Origin: Rhina ancylostomus
Taxonomy: Eukaryota
Length of the DNA: 64,000 nt
NCBI GenBank assembly: GCA_030265395.1
Contig: JARFYF010000054.1
Span: forward strand, 15,157,360 to 15,221,359
Direction: 5' to 3'
Below are positions 50,812 to 62,614 of this stretch, piece by piece. The notes below the pieces were generated by a model. It was given only the letters and a program-made list of their open reading frames with translations. It did not search any database and was not told the origin of the DNA. The translations under genes were made by a program, and so were the position numbers. The stretch's first letter is position 1. Every line of letters begins with the position of its first letter.

Positions 50812-51000
50812 GGAGTCATACAGCAATATAGCATGGAAACAGGCCCTTCAGCCCAACCAGCTCATGCCAACTACAGTGCCCACCCAGCTAGTCCCAATTT
50901 TCTGATTTCAGCCTATAACCCTCCAAGCCCCACCTCTCCATGTACCTGTCCAAGTGCTTCTTAAATGATACGATTGGACCTGCATCAACCACTTCCTCTG
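50812..51000 (-). mobile_element. CR1 LINE 3' UTR fragment
   Basis: catggaaacaggcccttcagcccaac...catgtacctgtccaagtg...caaccacttcctctg, as in the 11352 and 14690 copies. Confidence 0.8.
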
Positions 51001-51309
51001 TTGATATTGTTTATAGGGACAAACTACAGTCTATGAAATTCACAAGATGTGGTAATTTTATCCCATGACAATCACTAGATTTATTAGCAGACTTCCAAAC
51101 ACTTATTCTTGCTCTATTAATTAAAAATAAAATTCAAGAACACTCATTTTGGTTATTCCAGATCTTGAAAAGCTGCACCAGCGGCAGCCATTTGCATCTC
51201 CTAAGTGACATTATCTGTTGCAAACTCTCTTTGTATTTACAGTTTCCACCACAAAAAAAAAATTCAAATTGACCAAGTCCCTACTTGACCAAGGAATAAT
51301 CACAAAGCC

Positions 51310-51660
51310 CCAAAGTCTGGTGCTTGCCGACCAACACTGGATCCTTGTTGACCAATGCCCCATCTTGACAATTCTCATCCTTGTTTTCAAATCCTCCTGT
51401 GGTCTTGCCCCCATCTCTGTAATATCATCAGCTCATCCATCACTGGTGGCCAAGGCTTCAGGTGCCAAAGCACAAAGCTCCAGAATTCCATTACCAAACC
51501 TCTCTGCCACTTGACCTCTTTATCCTTATTTAAATTATTCTTTAAAAATTCTCTCTTTCATCAAGCTTTTGGTCATTTGCCCTAATGCATACTTTTATGT
51601 TCAGTAATGTTCTTGCGAAACATATTTGGCCGCATGAAAGAAGGCACGTAAATGGAGTTT
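51310..51660 (+). mobile_element. L2-clade LINE 3' end
   Basis: VLADQHWILV...ILILVFKSSCGLAP and GGQGFR remnants match the L2 ORF2 C-terminus (LHWLPV..FKILLL.FK.L.GLAP..GGRAFS). Confidence 0.7.
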
Positions 51661-52104
51661 GCTCTTGTTCAATTTTGTAACATTTCATTTTGAACAAAGA
51701 ACAACATCTCATCACAGGCACACTTGATGCTGCTGATAGGAGCTTCCTGTATGCAAATTCGCTACTTTCCCATATTGTAGCAGTGAAGCACTTTTGTGAT
51801 GAACCTAGCTTGTGGAAGGTGCTATATTACTGCAAGTTTCTTTCTATCATGACCACAGGATTTCATGCAGTTGCAAACAAGTATGAAGCACAAGGCTTTG
51901 CTGCATGGTTGCTAAGAATAATAGCTTAACATCCCCAATAAAAAAATGGATGAACATCAAAAACTTGAGTACATATGTTCCAGTGTAGTGCTGAAGGAAT
52001 ACTACACTGCCAAGAGGTGTCATTTTTTTTGAATGAGTCACTAAATTGAGATCCTAGGACATTATTTTGCAGAATAGGGTAGTCTTGTTCAGTGTTCTTG
52101 CTGT

Positions 52105-52235
52105 TCACAAATTGACAGGCACAATTTTGGGGTTACAACACCAATTGCACTTCTGATAATGTTTCATTGGCTGCAAAGCATTTGGGATGTCCGGCAGTCA
52201 CAAATGGTACCATGCAAGTCCTGGTCTTTTCTTTC
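52105..52235 (+). mobile_element. Deu-SINE 3' tail abutting the PIPOX exon 3 donor
   Basis: cacaaattg...ttcattggctgcaaagcatttgggatgtcc tail motif. Confidence 0.55.
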
Positions 52236-52246
52236 TCTCACACTAC

Positions 52247-52460
52247 CTGTAGAGTTTTCAATGCTCGATCTGCGTATAAGATTCCAGCCGTTTCATCGAG
52301 AATAGCAGAAACTTCTTTTGGAAGCCTTATAGCTGGAAATCTCTTTGAAAAATCTGCAGATGTTAATGTCGTCATGGGGACTTTGTTGTTAACCAATGTT
52401 GACTTCATGCATTGAAAATCTGGGTCCTCTTCTTGGCCTAGAACCAATAACCCTGTTTGC
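52247..52460 (-). CDS. PIPOX: PIPOX exon 3 (214 bp)
   Basis: (R)QTGLLVLGQEEDPDFQCMKSTLVNNKVPMTTLTSADFSKRFPAIRLPKEVSAILDETAGILYADRALKTLQ; phase 2-0; AG/GT bounded. Confidence 0.96.
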
Positions 52461-52627
52461 CTGCAAATAAACAAAGTTAATCACATTATTGTAGAATTAC
52501 TCATTGATACTTTTTACTCTATTCCCCACCAGTTGCTTTCTCTCCCTTTCTCTTCCCAGGAGGCATCAGTGTTTGCTGGAGAACAAGACCATAGTCATTC
52601 ACGGGTACCCAACTCCAGTGGTAACAA

Positions 52628-52877
52628 TGGAGACACAGGAGACTGCAGATAGTGGAATCTGGAGCAACAAACAATCTGCTGGAAGAACTCAGTGGCTTGA
52701 GCAGCATCTGTGGGAGGAAAGGAATTGTTGCCATTTCAGGTCGAGATCCTGATGCAAGGTTTCGACCTGAAACATTGACGAGTCCTGATGAAGGGTTCTG
52801 ACCCAAACCATTGACAATTCCTTTCTTCCCACAGATGGTGCTCAAACCACTGAGTTCCTCCAGCAGATTGTTTGTTG
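52628..52877. mobile_element. Penelope-derived fold-back element with tandem hammerhead motifs
   Basis: Inverted arms ~52660-52730 and ~52812-52883. Two hammerhead-like units at 52749-52776 and 52785-52812. 15-bp TSD at 52613-52627 and 52878-52892. Confidence 0.8.
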
Positions 52878-53129
52878 CTCCAGCAGTAACAAGTTATGTT
52901 TATGGCTCCGTAACAAGTTCCTGTAACCTACTCAATTGGATCCCCAGCCAAGGTGATCCAATTCTCATCCAGTGTTGTCTTGCCCTTCTAGCAGAGGTTT
53001 CACACAAGACCTCAAGGGGGGAAACCCTAGTAGAGTTACCCCATCCAATCCAGATGCAAATTTCATGGCCCCATCAATGTAATTCACATAACAGCCTAGG
53101 CTAAGGGATAGAACCTGGGTTCAGTCAAA

Positions 53130-53310
53130 GCCAAAACACTGCAGATGCTGAAAATACAAAACAGATCCAGAAAGTGACAGCATCTGTAGAAATGAAAAAG
53201 AGTTCATGCTTCAGGTGGATGACTTTTTAAAAATCAGAATTAATGACAGGTCATCGATCCAAAATATTAACTTTATTTCTCTCACCACAGATGCTACCCA
53301 TTGTGCTGTC
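53130..53310. mobile_element. Old Penelope-derived fold-back relic
   Basis: actgcagatgctgaaaat...cagcatctgtagaaa and ttctctcaccacagatgct in inverted arrangement. Confidence 0.55.
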
Positions 53311-56300
53311 TATAATCTTTACCTTATTTCTGCACAGCTCAGCCATATGCTATTTTACCTAGCTATAGATCAGGGAAGTCCAATGATCTGCTCCTGAACT
53401 GGGTCATATACCATGACTTATTGATTTAGTAATATTTCTGGTGAAGAACTGCCAAGATTGAATCTTTGCCTTGTTAAAATTACAACACCAGAGAAGCTTC
53501 TCTCTGGCTCTTGGGTATATAGCCAATGGCAATGGAACATTTTATCACAGTGGGAAGAAAAATATATTCGGATATCTACCCTGCTCTTTAAAGTAGATTT
53601 ATATTGATGGTGCTATGAGCAATTCCCTGACACAGCATCCATCTCTCCCTCTGTGAAGAGGTCAGAGCAGAAGCAGGAAGGTGGTAAGATGTAATATATA
53701 AACCATCCAGCCAGATATTTGGCAGAAAGATTCCTGGTCTTGAGAAAATGTTGGGAAGCAGAGAGTAGAAGGAGATAGCAAAAAGGTACAAACAGCAAAT
53801 TGTCACATGAAATGGCCAGAGACCACAGAAGGACTGGTTAGGAGGTTTACGTGAAAGCTCAGTGATAATGTTATTTTAATTACATTTCAGACTTACGCCA
53901 CATTGTGACGTAGAACTAGAACATACAATAAATGTCCCTTAATGTGGGAAACAGTCTAACATTTTGAATTTGGATTATAATAAATTTCAAGGCAAAACAA
54001 CTTGAAACTTCTGCAACAAATCCCTCAAAATATACATTACAACATCCATTGATTTCTACATGATATTTTTATTTACAATTTAGCTAAAATATGTTGTTTG
54101 GGCATAGGAGTGGGAAGAGGTGGTGCTGAGTAAAGTATGCTTTAGTATTCACAGTCTCAATTCTGACTCGATGTTTAAATTAAATGAAATGATGATTCTC
54201 CCCACTCTCAAATAAATTCTCAAGCCTTCACCATGACCTCCCGTGTTCAAGCAAGTAGGTGAATGATCTGCATTGCTTCAGCATCAGTTCTGCTTTGTAA
54301 TATTCTGCATTGTCATATAACCAGACTCCCCTTCACTGAAAAAATAGTTCCAAGGCATTTTGGATACACTCCCTTAAACTACATGTTAAAATAGAAGACT
54401 CTCCTTCCAGGCCAAGTAACCATGTACAGTTTTGCTCAGGGTCACCATTCTCTCCATTACTGCTGACTAAGGAATGATAGTAAAGGCTCAAGAGGTGGTT
54501 AACACAAGCCAATAATATTCAATGTGTTCAAATGGGGCCAAGTTGTTAAAATAGTTTCTTCCATATTGCAGAATAGGGAGTTGACATTAAATGCAGCATT
54601 TTATAAAGTGATGGTGTGAATTTCTGATGATGAATGAACGCACATGTCTTGTGACCAAAGGTGGAAATCAGTGAATGGCTTACAGCTGGGAACTGACAAG
54701 GTGCCCTGAACATCACTGAGAACACTGGTCCAATCATACAGATAGGAACAGAGAAGACCATGAACAGAAGATACAAGGAAAGAGTCAAGGGGAGAAATTT
54801 ATGATCTGCTGAGAAAATAGTAAGGATGAGAAAAGAAAAATAAAGATTTTTGAGAGGAACAAAAGGAAGAAACACTGCAACTTAGTATCGTATCACGGAA
54901 AAATTATTCCCATTTTCCTGACCCCATTTAACACTTTTACTTTGGAAAGCTGGGGATGTGGCTTCACCATTTTGGAGCCACACCTTTAATGGCAAACTTG
55001 ACATTTGCAAAAAAGTAAAAAGAAACTTGCCCAACTTGGGTTCTGGCCCCTTGTGTTCTATCCCTGAGCTAAGTCTGCATCCTCATTGCTAAAGATCCCT
55101 GTAATCCTACAGACTTCAATTATGACATCAAGCCTAACATACAGTACTGTATCAAACACCTTTTGCAAGCCACATCCACAAGATCAGTTACACTGGCCTC
55201 AGTTACATCCACCCTCTAATAACTAAACAAAAAACTCAAGTCAAACTCAGTTTGCTCTTAAGCCTGCAAAGGCTGTGGAATCTTATCTTTGTAAGTTGAA
55301 CAGCTGCTGATAACAACTGCTCAACTTACAAAGTGTACCAGAAACACCACAGCATGGTTTAAAAATAGAACTTAAGTCATGATGAATGGAAAACTGCTGA
55401 TAATATAAATAAAGACTGGTTATTGTATTACTAGGCACGGCAGACTGATTCTGATCAGTTTGAGACTGAATATTGAACCTGTGATACAGATTTCCAAGGA
55501 ATTGAATGAAAACTTTCATAATTCACACCAGCAGAGATGAAAGATTGAAAAGCATAGATCTATTAATAGCACTAATTGGCATGTCTCAAGAGAAGCACAG
55601 AGAGAGGGAAGTTCCTAAATTAAGGGTTCACTAGATGAGTGAAAGCCAGAATCATCAGACACTTCGTGCATTTCATTTTTATTACTGGTGTGAAATGATG
55701 GTTTTAACATCATGTGGAGCTGACATACCAATGTTCTTGAATGATGAAGTCAATGGAAAGGAAATTTTAAGTGGCTTTGCAATGTGCAACTCATCCACCA
55801 ACCGCTAATTACACTTTTTGGCAAGGATAAATCAACTCTAACAGCCATGCATAGAATGGCTTCATATCCAAACATGTCCCTTTTAACTTTGGTCAACGGC
55901 CCAGGTGTTGTGTGCAATAATAATGGGAAAAATAACAGTCCTTGCCTCTGTCACTCAGCACCACTGCAGCAACTTTGAGGTTTTTGCACATATAATTTAA
56001 TATGAAATTCCTGGTGTTACTCTGGAAGATCAGCTGTGTCTACACTAGCTATGTAGCTTCCTCCACTGTAATCAATCTGAAATCACTTGCACTGACTTGA
56101 ATTTGGGTTTGAGATTAATTTTTCCCACGGTAAAACATCATGAAAATGTTATGTTTTTTTCCAGGAGAGTAATACTTAATGGCGTACCAAAGAATACACT
56201 TGATGACATACCAAACCGACATTACTGTTTGGAAAATATCTTGCACTAAAAACAGTAGTTTTATGAATGATTGCTGCAATTTCTTTGCATGAATTATTCA

Positions 56301-56789
56301 AAATATAACAGGCTACAAATTCTTACACATGACTCCAGTTGTCCAAAATTGGGTGAACCTGGAGTGCAGCAATTGTGCACAAATTTCTTGGTGCGTTTGT
56401 CACTCAATTTTTAGGCTGGATTGTCATTCTGCCTCATACTTCCCTTTCTCCCAACGTTAAACTCCACCAAATGACGTCAATAGTGCAACTTGCAAAATTT
56501 ATCTGCTACAAGATCTTCAGCCTCACTGGTCTGAAAAAGGACAAGCAACCAGCTTTTCCTAACACCTGACACTGTACTATTTAAAAGAGCCAACACTCAG
56601 GCTGTACTGTTTGCCCTCAGGGAGATCAGTCACTTCCTACAACCTCAAATATAACTTTACCTGTACCTTGACAGCTTGGCCCACAGAGATCATGGTCACA
56701 TTCACTCCTGGCTCCCTCACCTCAGAATTATCCCAATCTGATACAGTCGAGAGAAAGTATACAGTTAAAGCGGGATCCTTAACAGAATT

Positions 56790-57825
56790 GCTGCGCTGAG
56801 GGATCTTGAGGTCCAAGTCCATAGCTCTCTAAAAGTAGATAGGGTGGTAAAGAAGGCATATGGCTTGCTTGCCTTCATTGGTCAGGGCACTGAGTATAAA
56901 AGTCAGGAACTTATGTTGCAGCTATATAAAACATTGGTTAGGCCACACTTGGGGTATTATGTGCAATTCTTGTCACCCCATTACATGATGTGGAAGCTTT
57001 GGAAATGTGCGGAAGAAGTTTATTAGGATGCTGCCTAGATTAGGAGGGTGTTAGCAAACAGGAGAGGTTGGACAAACTTGGACTGTTTTCTCTGGAGCTG
57101 GGGGAAGACCTGATAGAAATTTATAAAATTATGAGAGGCACATATAGGGTAGGTAGTCAAAACTTTTTTCCAAGGNNNNNNNNNNNNNNNNNNNNNNNNN
57201 NNNNNNNNNNNNNNNNNNNNNNNNNNNNNNNNNNNNNNNNNNNNNNNNNNNNNNNNNNNNNNNNNNNNNNNNNNNTTCACCTTATGGCTTGCTGAACTGA
57301 ACTATAAGAACCATTCCTGGACGTGGAGTTTGGGAATTTGCCACACACACACACGACAAGCTTAGTTAGTTTTTGGGAGTTAATGTTCGGGGTTTAACAT
57401 TTTTACTTCTAACATTTTTAGTTTTATTTTACTTATAATCATAAGTAGTTATCAATAAAGAAGTTTTTAACACTTATACATGTCTCAGTGTGTTTCTGTT
57501 GTTGCTGGTTCGTAACAGTAGAAATGCCAAATATTAGAGGACATGCATTTAAGGTGAGAGGGGAAAGTTTAAAGGAGATGTTCAGCGGAAGTTTGGTTTT
57601 ATTTTGCACAGGGATTGCTCAGTGCTTGGAACAGGCTGCCAAGGGTAGTGGTGGAAGCAGACAGAGCAGTAGTATTTAAAAGGCATTTAGATAGGCACAT
57701 GGATATGCAGAGAACAGAGGGATAATGGATCATGTGCAAGCAGAAGAGGTATCGTTTAATTTGACATCATGTTCAGCACAGGCATTGTGGGCTGAAGGAC
57801 CTGTTCCTGTGTTGTACAGTTCTAT
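56790..57825 (+). mobile_element. CR1 LINE 3' fragment interrupted by an LTR
   Basis: VKKAYGLLAFIGQGTEYKSQELMLQLYKTLVRPHL and DLIEIYKIMRG...NFFPR, resuming VEMPNIRGHAFKVRG at 57518. Confidence 0.9.
57276..57517 (+). mobile_element. LTR 3' portion (Gypsy/ERV-like) nested in CR1
   Basis: AATAAA at 57454-57459 and terminal ...ttcGTAACA at 57517, exactly where CR1 resumes. The 5' part is hidden in a 100-N gap. Confidence 0.65.
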
Positions 57826-60800
57826 ATACCTGTCATTGCTAATATTAAAAAGGTCATCCAAACTCTATCCTTGAGGACAGAAGGCTTCAGCTCTTCCTGC
57901 AGCCCACAGGAACTGGCAGGGCAGGCACAGGAATTTATCTCCATTGCAGGCTGCTCCAAAACGTAGGCATTCATAGACTGTGCTCATGTCCCAACAGAAA
58001 TCTCCTTCACCACCTTACTACTCTGTAGCCTTGGAAGTTCTCCATGGCCGTCAAAGAACAGGCCTTCTCTGGGCACTATTCTTCAGTGCACTACCCAGGT
58101 CCCCTGACCTCTTGGGAGCACTCTCACCACCAGGCACTCCTCCCATTATTGCAGAGACCATGCCTTCAATAGTAACATTCCCCTGCAGCTCGAAGAGTGT
58201 GACTTCCATTGTGACAAGAGCCGGCTGTAAAGATCACACCTGCTGGGCTACTTGCCGAGAACCATTAACACTTCAATGAAGAACATCATGTTGAAATCCA
58301 CAATGGCATTTCGGCATAGCATTCCACAGGGAAACATGACAACATTGTTCTGTGGACTTCACCACTGGAGATAGCCTTCTCGTGTGACTTTCAGAACCAA
58401 TGTTAAAAGTGACCCTCAATGTTGTTTCAATGCCCAAACAAAAAATGCACAGTGCAATTTCCAGGCCAACGAGCTTTAAAAGATTTGAGAAAAGTTTACT
58501 TTAATTACAAATACTTTCAAATCTTTAGCTACCACTGTCTGATGTTAATTGAAAGTTAATTAAAAGGTTTCCCATCTGTAATTGTTTCTTGATGTGACTC
58601 GATCCTCAGCCAGCTCAATGACATCATAGCAGTAGACGCCAGAGATCCCCTTAAACTAATGCCTGACAACAACAGGTACTAGAAGGTAGAAGATAACCTG
58701 AGATCACAGTAAGGAAACTGTGTTTCTCCATTCAAAGGAAACATTCATTCACCACCACTGGCCAAAATATGAAACCATTTGTGCTGGGGAATTAAACATT
58801 GTTAGTAGTGGGAAAGAAATTTACTACTTTAGCAATATGATTCTGGCACTGGATATGACTGCCTTCCTGTAGCAGATGTTAGTGAACATCCAGTGTGAAT
58901 CTTCGATGCAGCTGTACATTACCCCACCTATTCCACTCCCCAGGCATCCATTTCCAGTACTGACGAGCAGCAAATGGCAACAGAAATACAAAACAACATT
59001 AACCCTTCCTAGAATGGACATCAGGGAACAAAATAAAGCAGCCTGCAAAACAGGGATTGGCCAAATCGGCACAATCTAACTCGAGGTGGGATTCAGAGGG
59101 TGTTGGTCAGAGCAGTTGATGAATCACACAAGGATATTTTAACTAAAATAGCCATTTTCAACAAATACTGCATCAATAAAGTGAGAATCCATAAGTATTT
59201 CACTCAATTAAATACTAGTCTCAGCTGTTAACTTAATAGAAAATGTCTGCTCATCAAGAATTGACAGCCGGTACGTGATTAATGGTCGGATGAAGATTTG
59301 TTGGATTGTGAATTGTTACGATTGTAAGAATAACAAGGGCCAGGCATTGACTTTGCATTGCAACGATGTGCAGTCGGCAGTCAGCACAAGTGATGTCACC
59401 ATTGGCAGGTAGGGAGGGGACGGGTGGAGATGCTGACACTTCTGTGGAAGATCCACAGAATTAGTCATAATTCAACCAAATACAATTGCACAGCTCGGTA
59501 GAACCAATGTTGGGAGAACAATGGCTTGGGATTAGTCCAAAACTAGAAGGGGTCAAGGAAGATCAAGAGCTAGAAGAAGAATTCCTGCTTCCCCCCAACT
59601 CAGTTAAAGAAATTTCTTTCAAGATAATTCATTTGCCTGAAACAGGAAACTAGCTGGCCTTGCTTGGACCCAGGGTTAGAATAGAATCTGTTCACCAATG
59701 TCATTGGGAGACAAGTTAAATTAGGCACTCTTCCCTCTGGATTGGGTGGCCTTTTGGTGCTGAAATTCAGGCTTCTGGATTGAGAAGTGGTGAGGAAGGA
59801 TGGTTCAAATCAGCTTACAAGACCTTCCTTTTTTTTTACAGATCCGCTTCATCCGAAGTGAATTATTTTGTACCTTCTGGGCTTCAAGAATATTGTGGAA
59901 CTGAAGTATTTCCTTTTAAATCCCCTTAAAAACAGGAAGGGTACTTGACTGCCAAAATCCAAGGTGTTGTCCTCCAAATGGATTAGGACTGCTGGATGGT
60001 GGAGCTACAGGGCTTAAAAGTGGCTACTGTAAACTTATTTTGGGTCAATCAGTAGGATTTTGGTTGTAGTCCTTGATCTAGAAGTCGAAAACTGGATTTC
60101 AGAGTTTAATAAATAAAATTCAAGTAAATCAGATTAATGTTAAAGCCTTCATATTCTCTTGCTCACTAACCCAAACTGCTCCAGTCATAGAAAATCTGCA
60201 TGCATAATTTTGAAAGAGAAAAACTGAACAATGCAATAGAAGGAAAACTTAATTAACTGGGGGAAATTGAACAATGCCAGTGGTGCAGCTCATTACGCAG
60301 GTGACCCGAAGTTCATTTTGTAGCGTCTTTGCAACACCAGCCGTTATGTCAAGGGGTCTTCCATTGGTATCAGTGCGAGGGTACCTGTTGTTGAGAGATA
60401 ACACAGGTGACCATTCACTGCTGAAGGAGTGAGGGCTCTGGGATTTCACCAAGTTACATTGTACGAAGAGCACTTTAACTAATCTCCATTCGAGTCTTGT
60501 GAAAGTCATTCTTTAAATGAGAAAGCCACTTTGGATAAACACAAACCAAAATATCAATAAACTATTGAAGTGAGTATTCAAATTGGATTTTCATCCAATT
60601 AAATGTTAGACTTGACTGTTAGTTTATGAAAAAACTGCATTTCTTAGCAAGAACTGATACTTGGATTTGATTAATGCTTTCAATTGCAGATTAGTTAGAA
60701 TGTGAACTATTACTATCATCTAACTGTTTGATGAAGAACAATGAAGTGACATAGGTCAAAAACGAATGAATTTACAATTTGTAACCAATGTAAGTTTTTT

Positions 60801-61971
60801 TTAAACAAAGGAGTTACTTAAATTGAATATGCAGTTCACAATAATTGATAAGAGATGTTGGTACACGATAGTTTGGGACATTCCAAGCATTTTATAGAAA
60901 TATTCATCCAGTTGACTGCACTGTTTAAAGCGTTGTTGTATAAACACAGCAAGGTAAATAACTCATAGAAACAGATCAACTATAAATAACTTGGACCAAA
61001 CAGTAGTGTCTGACTGAATAGGGATGACTGGAACCTACCCAAGACTAATGCAATCTATATTCCTCAGGGGAAACAGCACTAACTTTAAAACAGCTCAGAA
61101 AATCCCAATAGATCAGACTGCTAGCTAAAAACACAGGAGAAGAAGCTGCTGCTGAATGTATTTAAAGTATTATATCGAATGAATACAAATCACTGGGCTG
61201 TACCTTTCTAATGTCTCATTGTCAAGAGCAACTATGCTTTAAAGTGGCAGATTTATTTTAATAAATGATAAGTTTTTTTCTATTGAAAAGAAAATACATT
61301 TTGTTTTCCTGCAAGGAGTCAATGCGGGAAAAGTATATGGTTCTGGCAATCTGAGCCTCAGACTTCGAACATAGCTCTGGCTCCCAAAATGGCTGCGCAC
61401 TGTTTCAGCTTGAGACAGGTAATGCCAATTTTTCTTGATTTCCTCTATAATCTCTACTCCACCACTGCCCCCCCTCCATAAAATTGCTCTGCTAGATACA
61501 CTATCCATTGACTGAAACGTTTCAGTTCCTCTGTTGGAACTTACAAAGCGCTGAGCTGACCATACACTAATGTGGGATGTTCTAGTCAGTGATGGAGTCT
61601 TCCACAGTCTGACAACATGCCTGTGCTAAATGTCACATGGTAAATGCCGAAAGGTTACCCCCAACCTGTTCCTATTTAGGATGCATTTTTTTCAGCTGAT
61701 GCACAGCAGTCCTATAGCAGGAAGACATTGCGTAAAATTGGAATCAGATTTAAATATTGAACACGTCTGCTTTTATAGAATCAAGGGCAAAATCATCGCT
61801 GATGCAGGAAATCCAAAATAGAAACCAGACATTGGAAATACGCAGCACACCGCATGCTAACTCTTTCATTTATAGAATCACTGAGCGTCTGTGTATTTTA
61901 AAACCAGCTATCATTTTTCTTGTTAACCTTAGCCAGAATTCCTAATCTGGGATGCTTGGGTGCTAACTTAC

Positions 61972-62120
61972 CTGAATAGTTCAACGTTGGCTTCGGCTTC
62001 CAGTTGCTTCCAGAGCTGGTAGCATTCAGTCATCATGTGTGTATAACAAGTCTTGGAATAAGCTTTCCGAATTATTCGTGTCTGCCCATGAGAACTTCCA
62101 CGAGAATGAGGCAAGATAAA
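61972..62120 (-). CDS. PIPOX: PIPOX exon 2 (149 bp)
   Basis: [49 protein letters not shown](R); GSSHGxTRIIRxAY is the sarcosine-oxidase signature. ttcAG and GTAAGT boundaries. Confidence 0.96.
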
Positions 62121-62614
62121 CTGAAAGCATATAGAGATTTCAAAAGAATGAAGATTAGCGTTAAAAAGGTATCAGAACAAAGGAGAAAATAGACACTTCT
62201 AACTCAATTTGACAGTGATTGCAGGTCACATGTGAAATTAGTTGATGGCTTAATCTATCATTCATAGGAATATGGCCTCTATACATGCTATAGAGAATTA
62301 AAAAGAAGCTGCACTTTGCCTAGTCAAGCATGAAAGTGAAGTTGACTTATTGACTTATTTTTAACAGAGGGCAGGGTAGAACAAAACTATCTATGTTACA
62401 CGGTCACTTTCCATGGACTTTTCTGTCTGCAAATTAAATTGACAAATTCTGCGTTACTAGATTCGTTGGTACCAATTAACAGAACATCCGGTCATCCCGA
62501 GGAGGATAGACAGAGTAACGAGCACTCGTTTGCTTAAAAATAAGCCAGTTAATTTTCCATCAGAATCTTGTCAAACCTTATGAAATTAATTTCAACCCCT
62601 TAATTAGAAATGCA

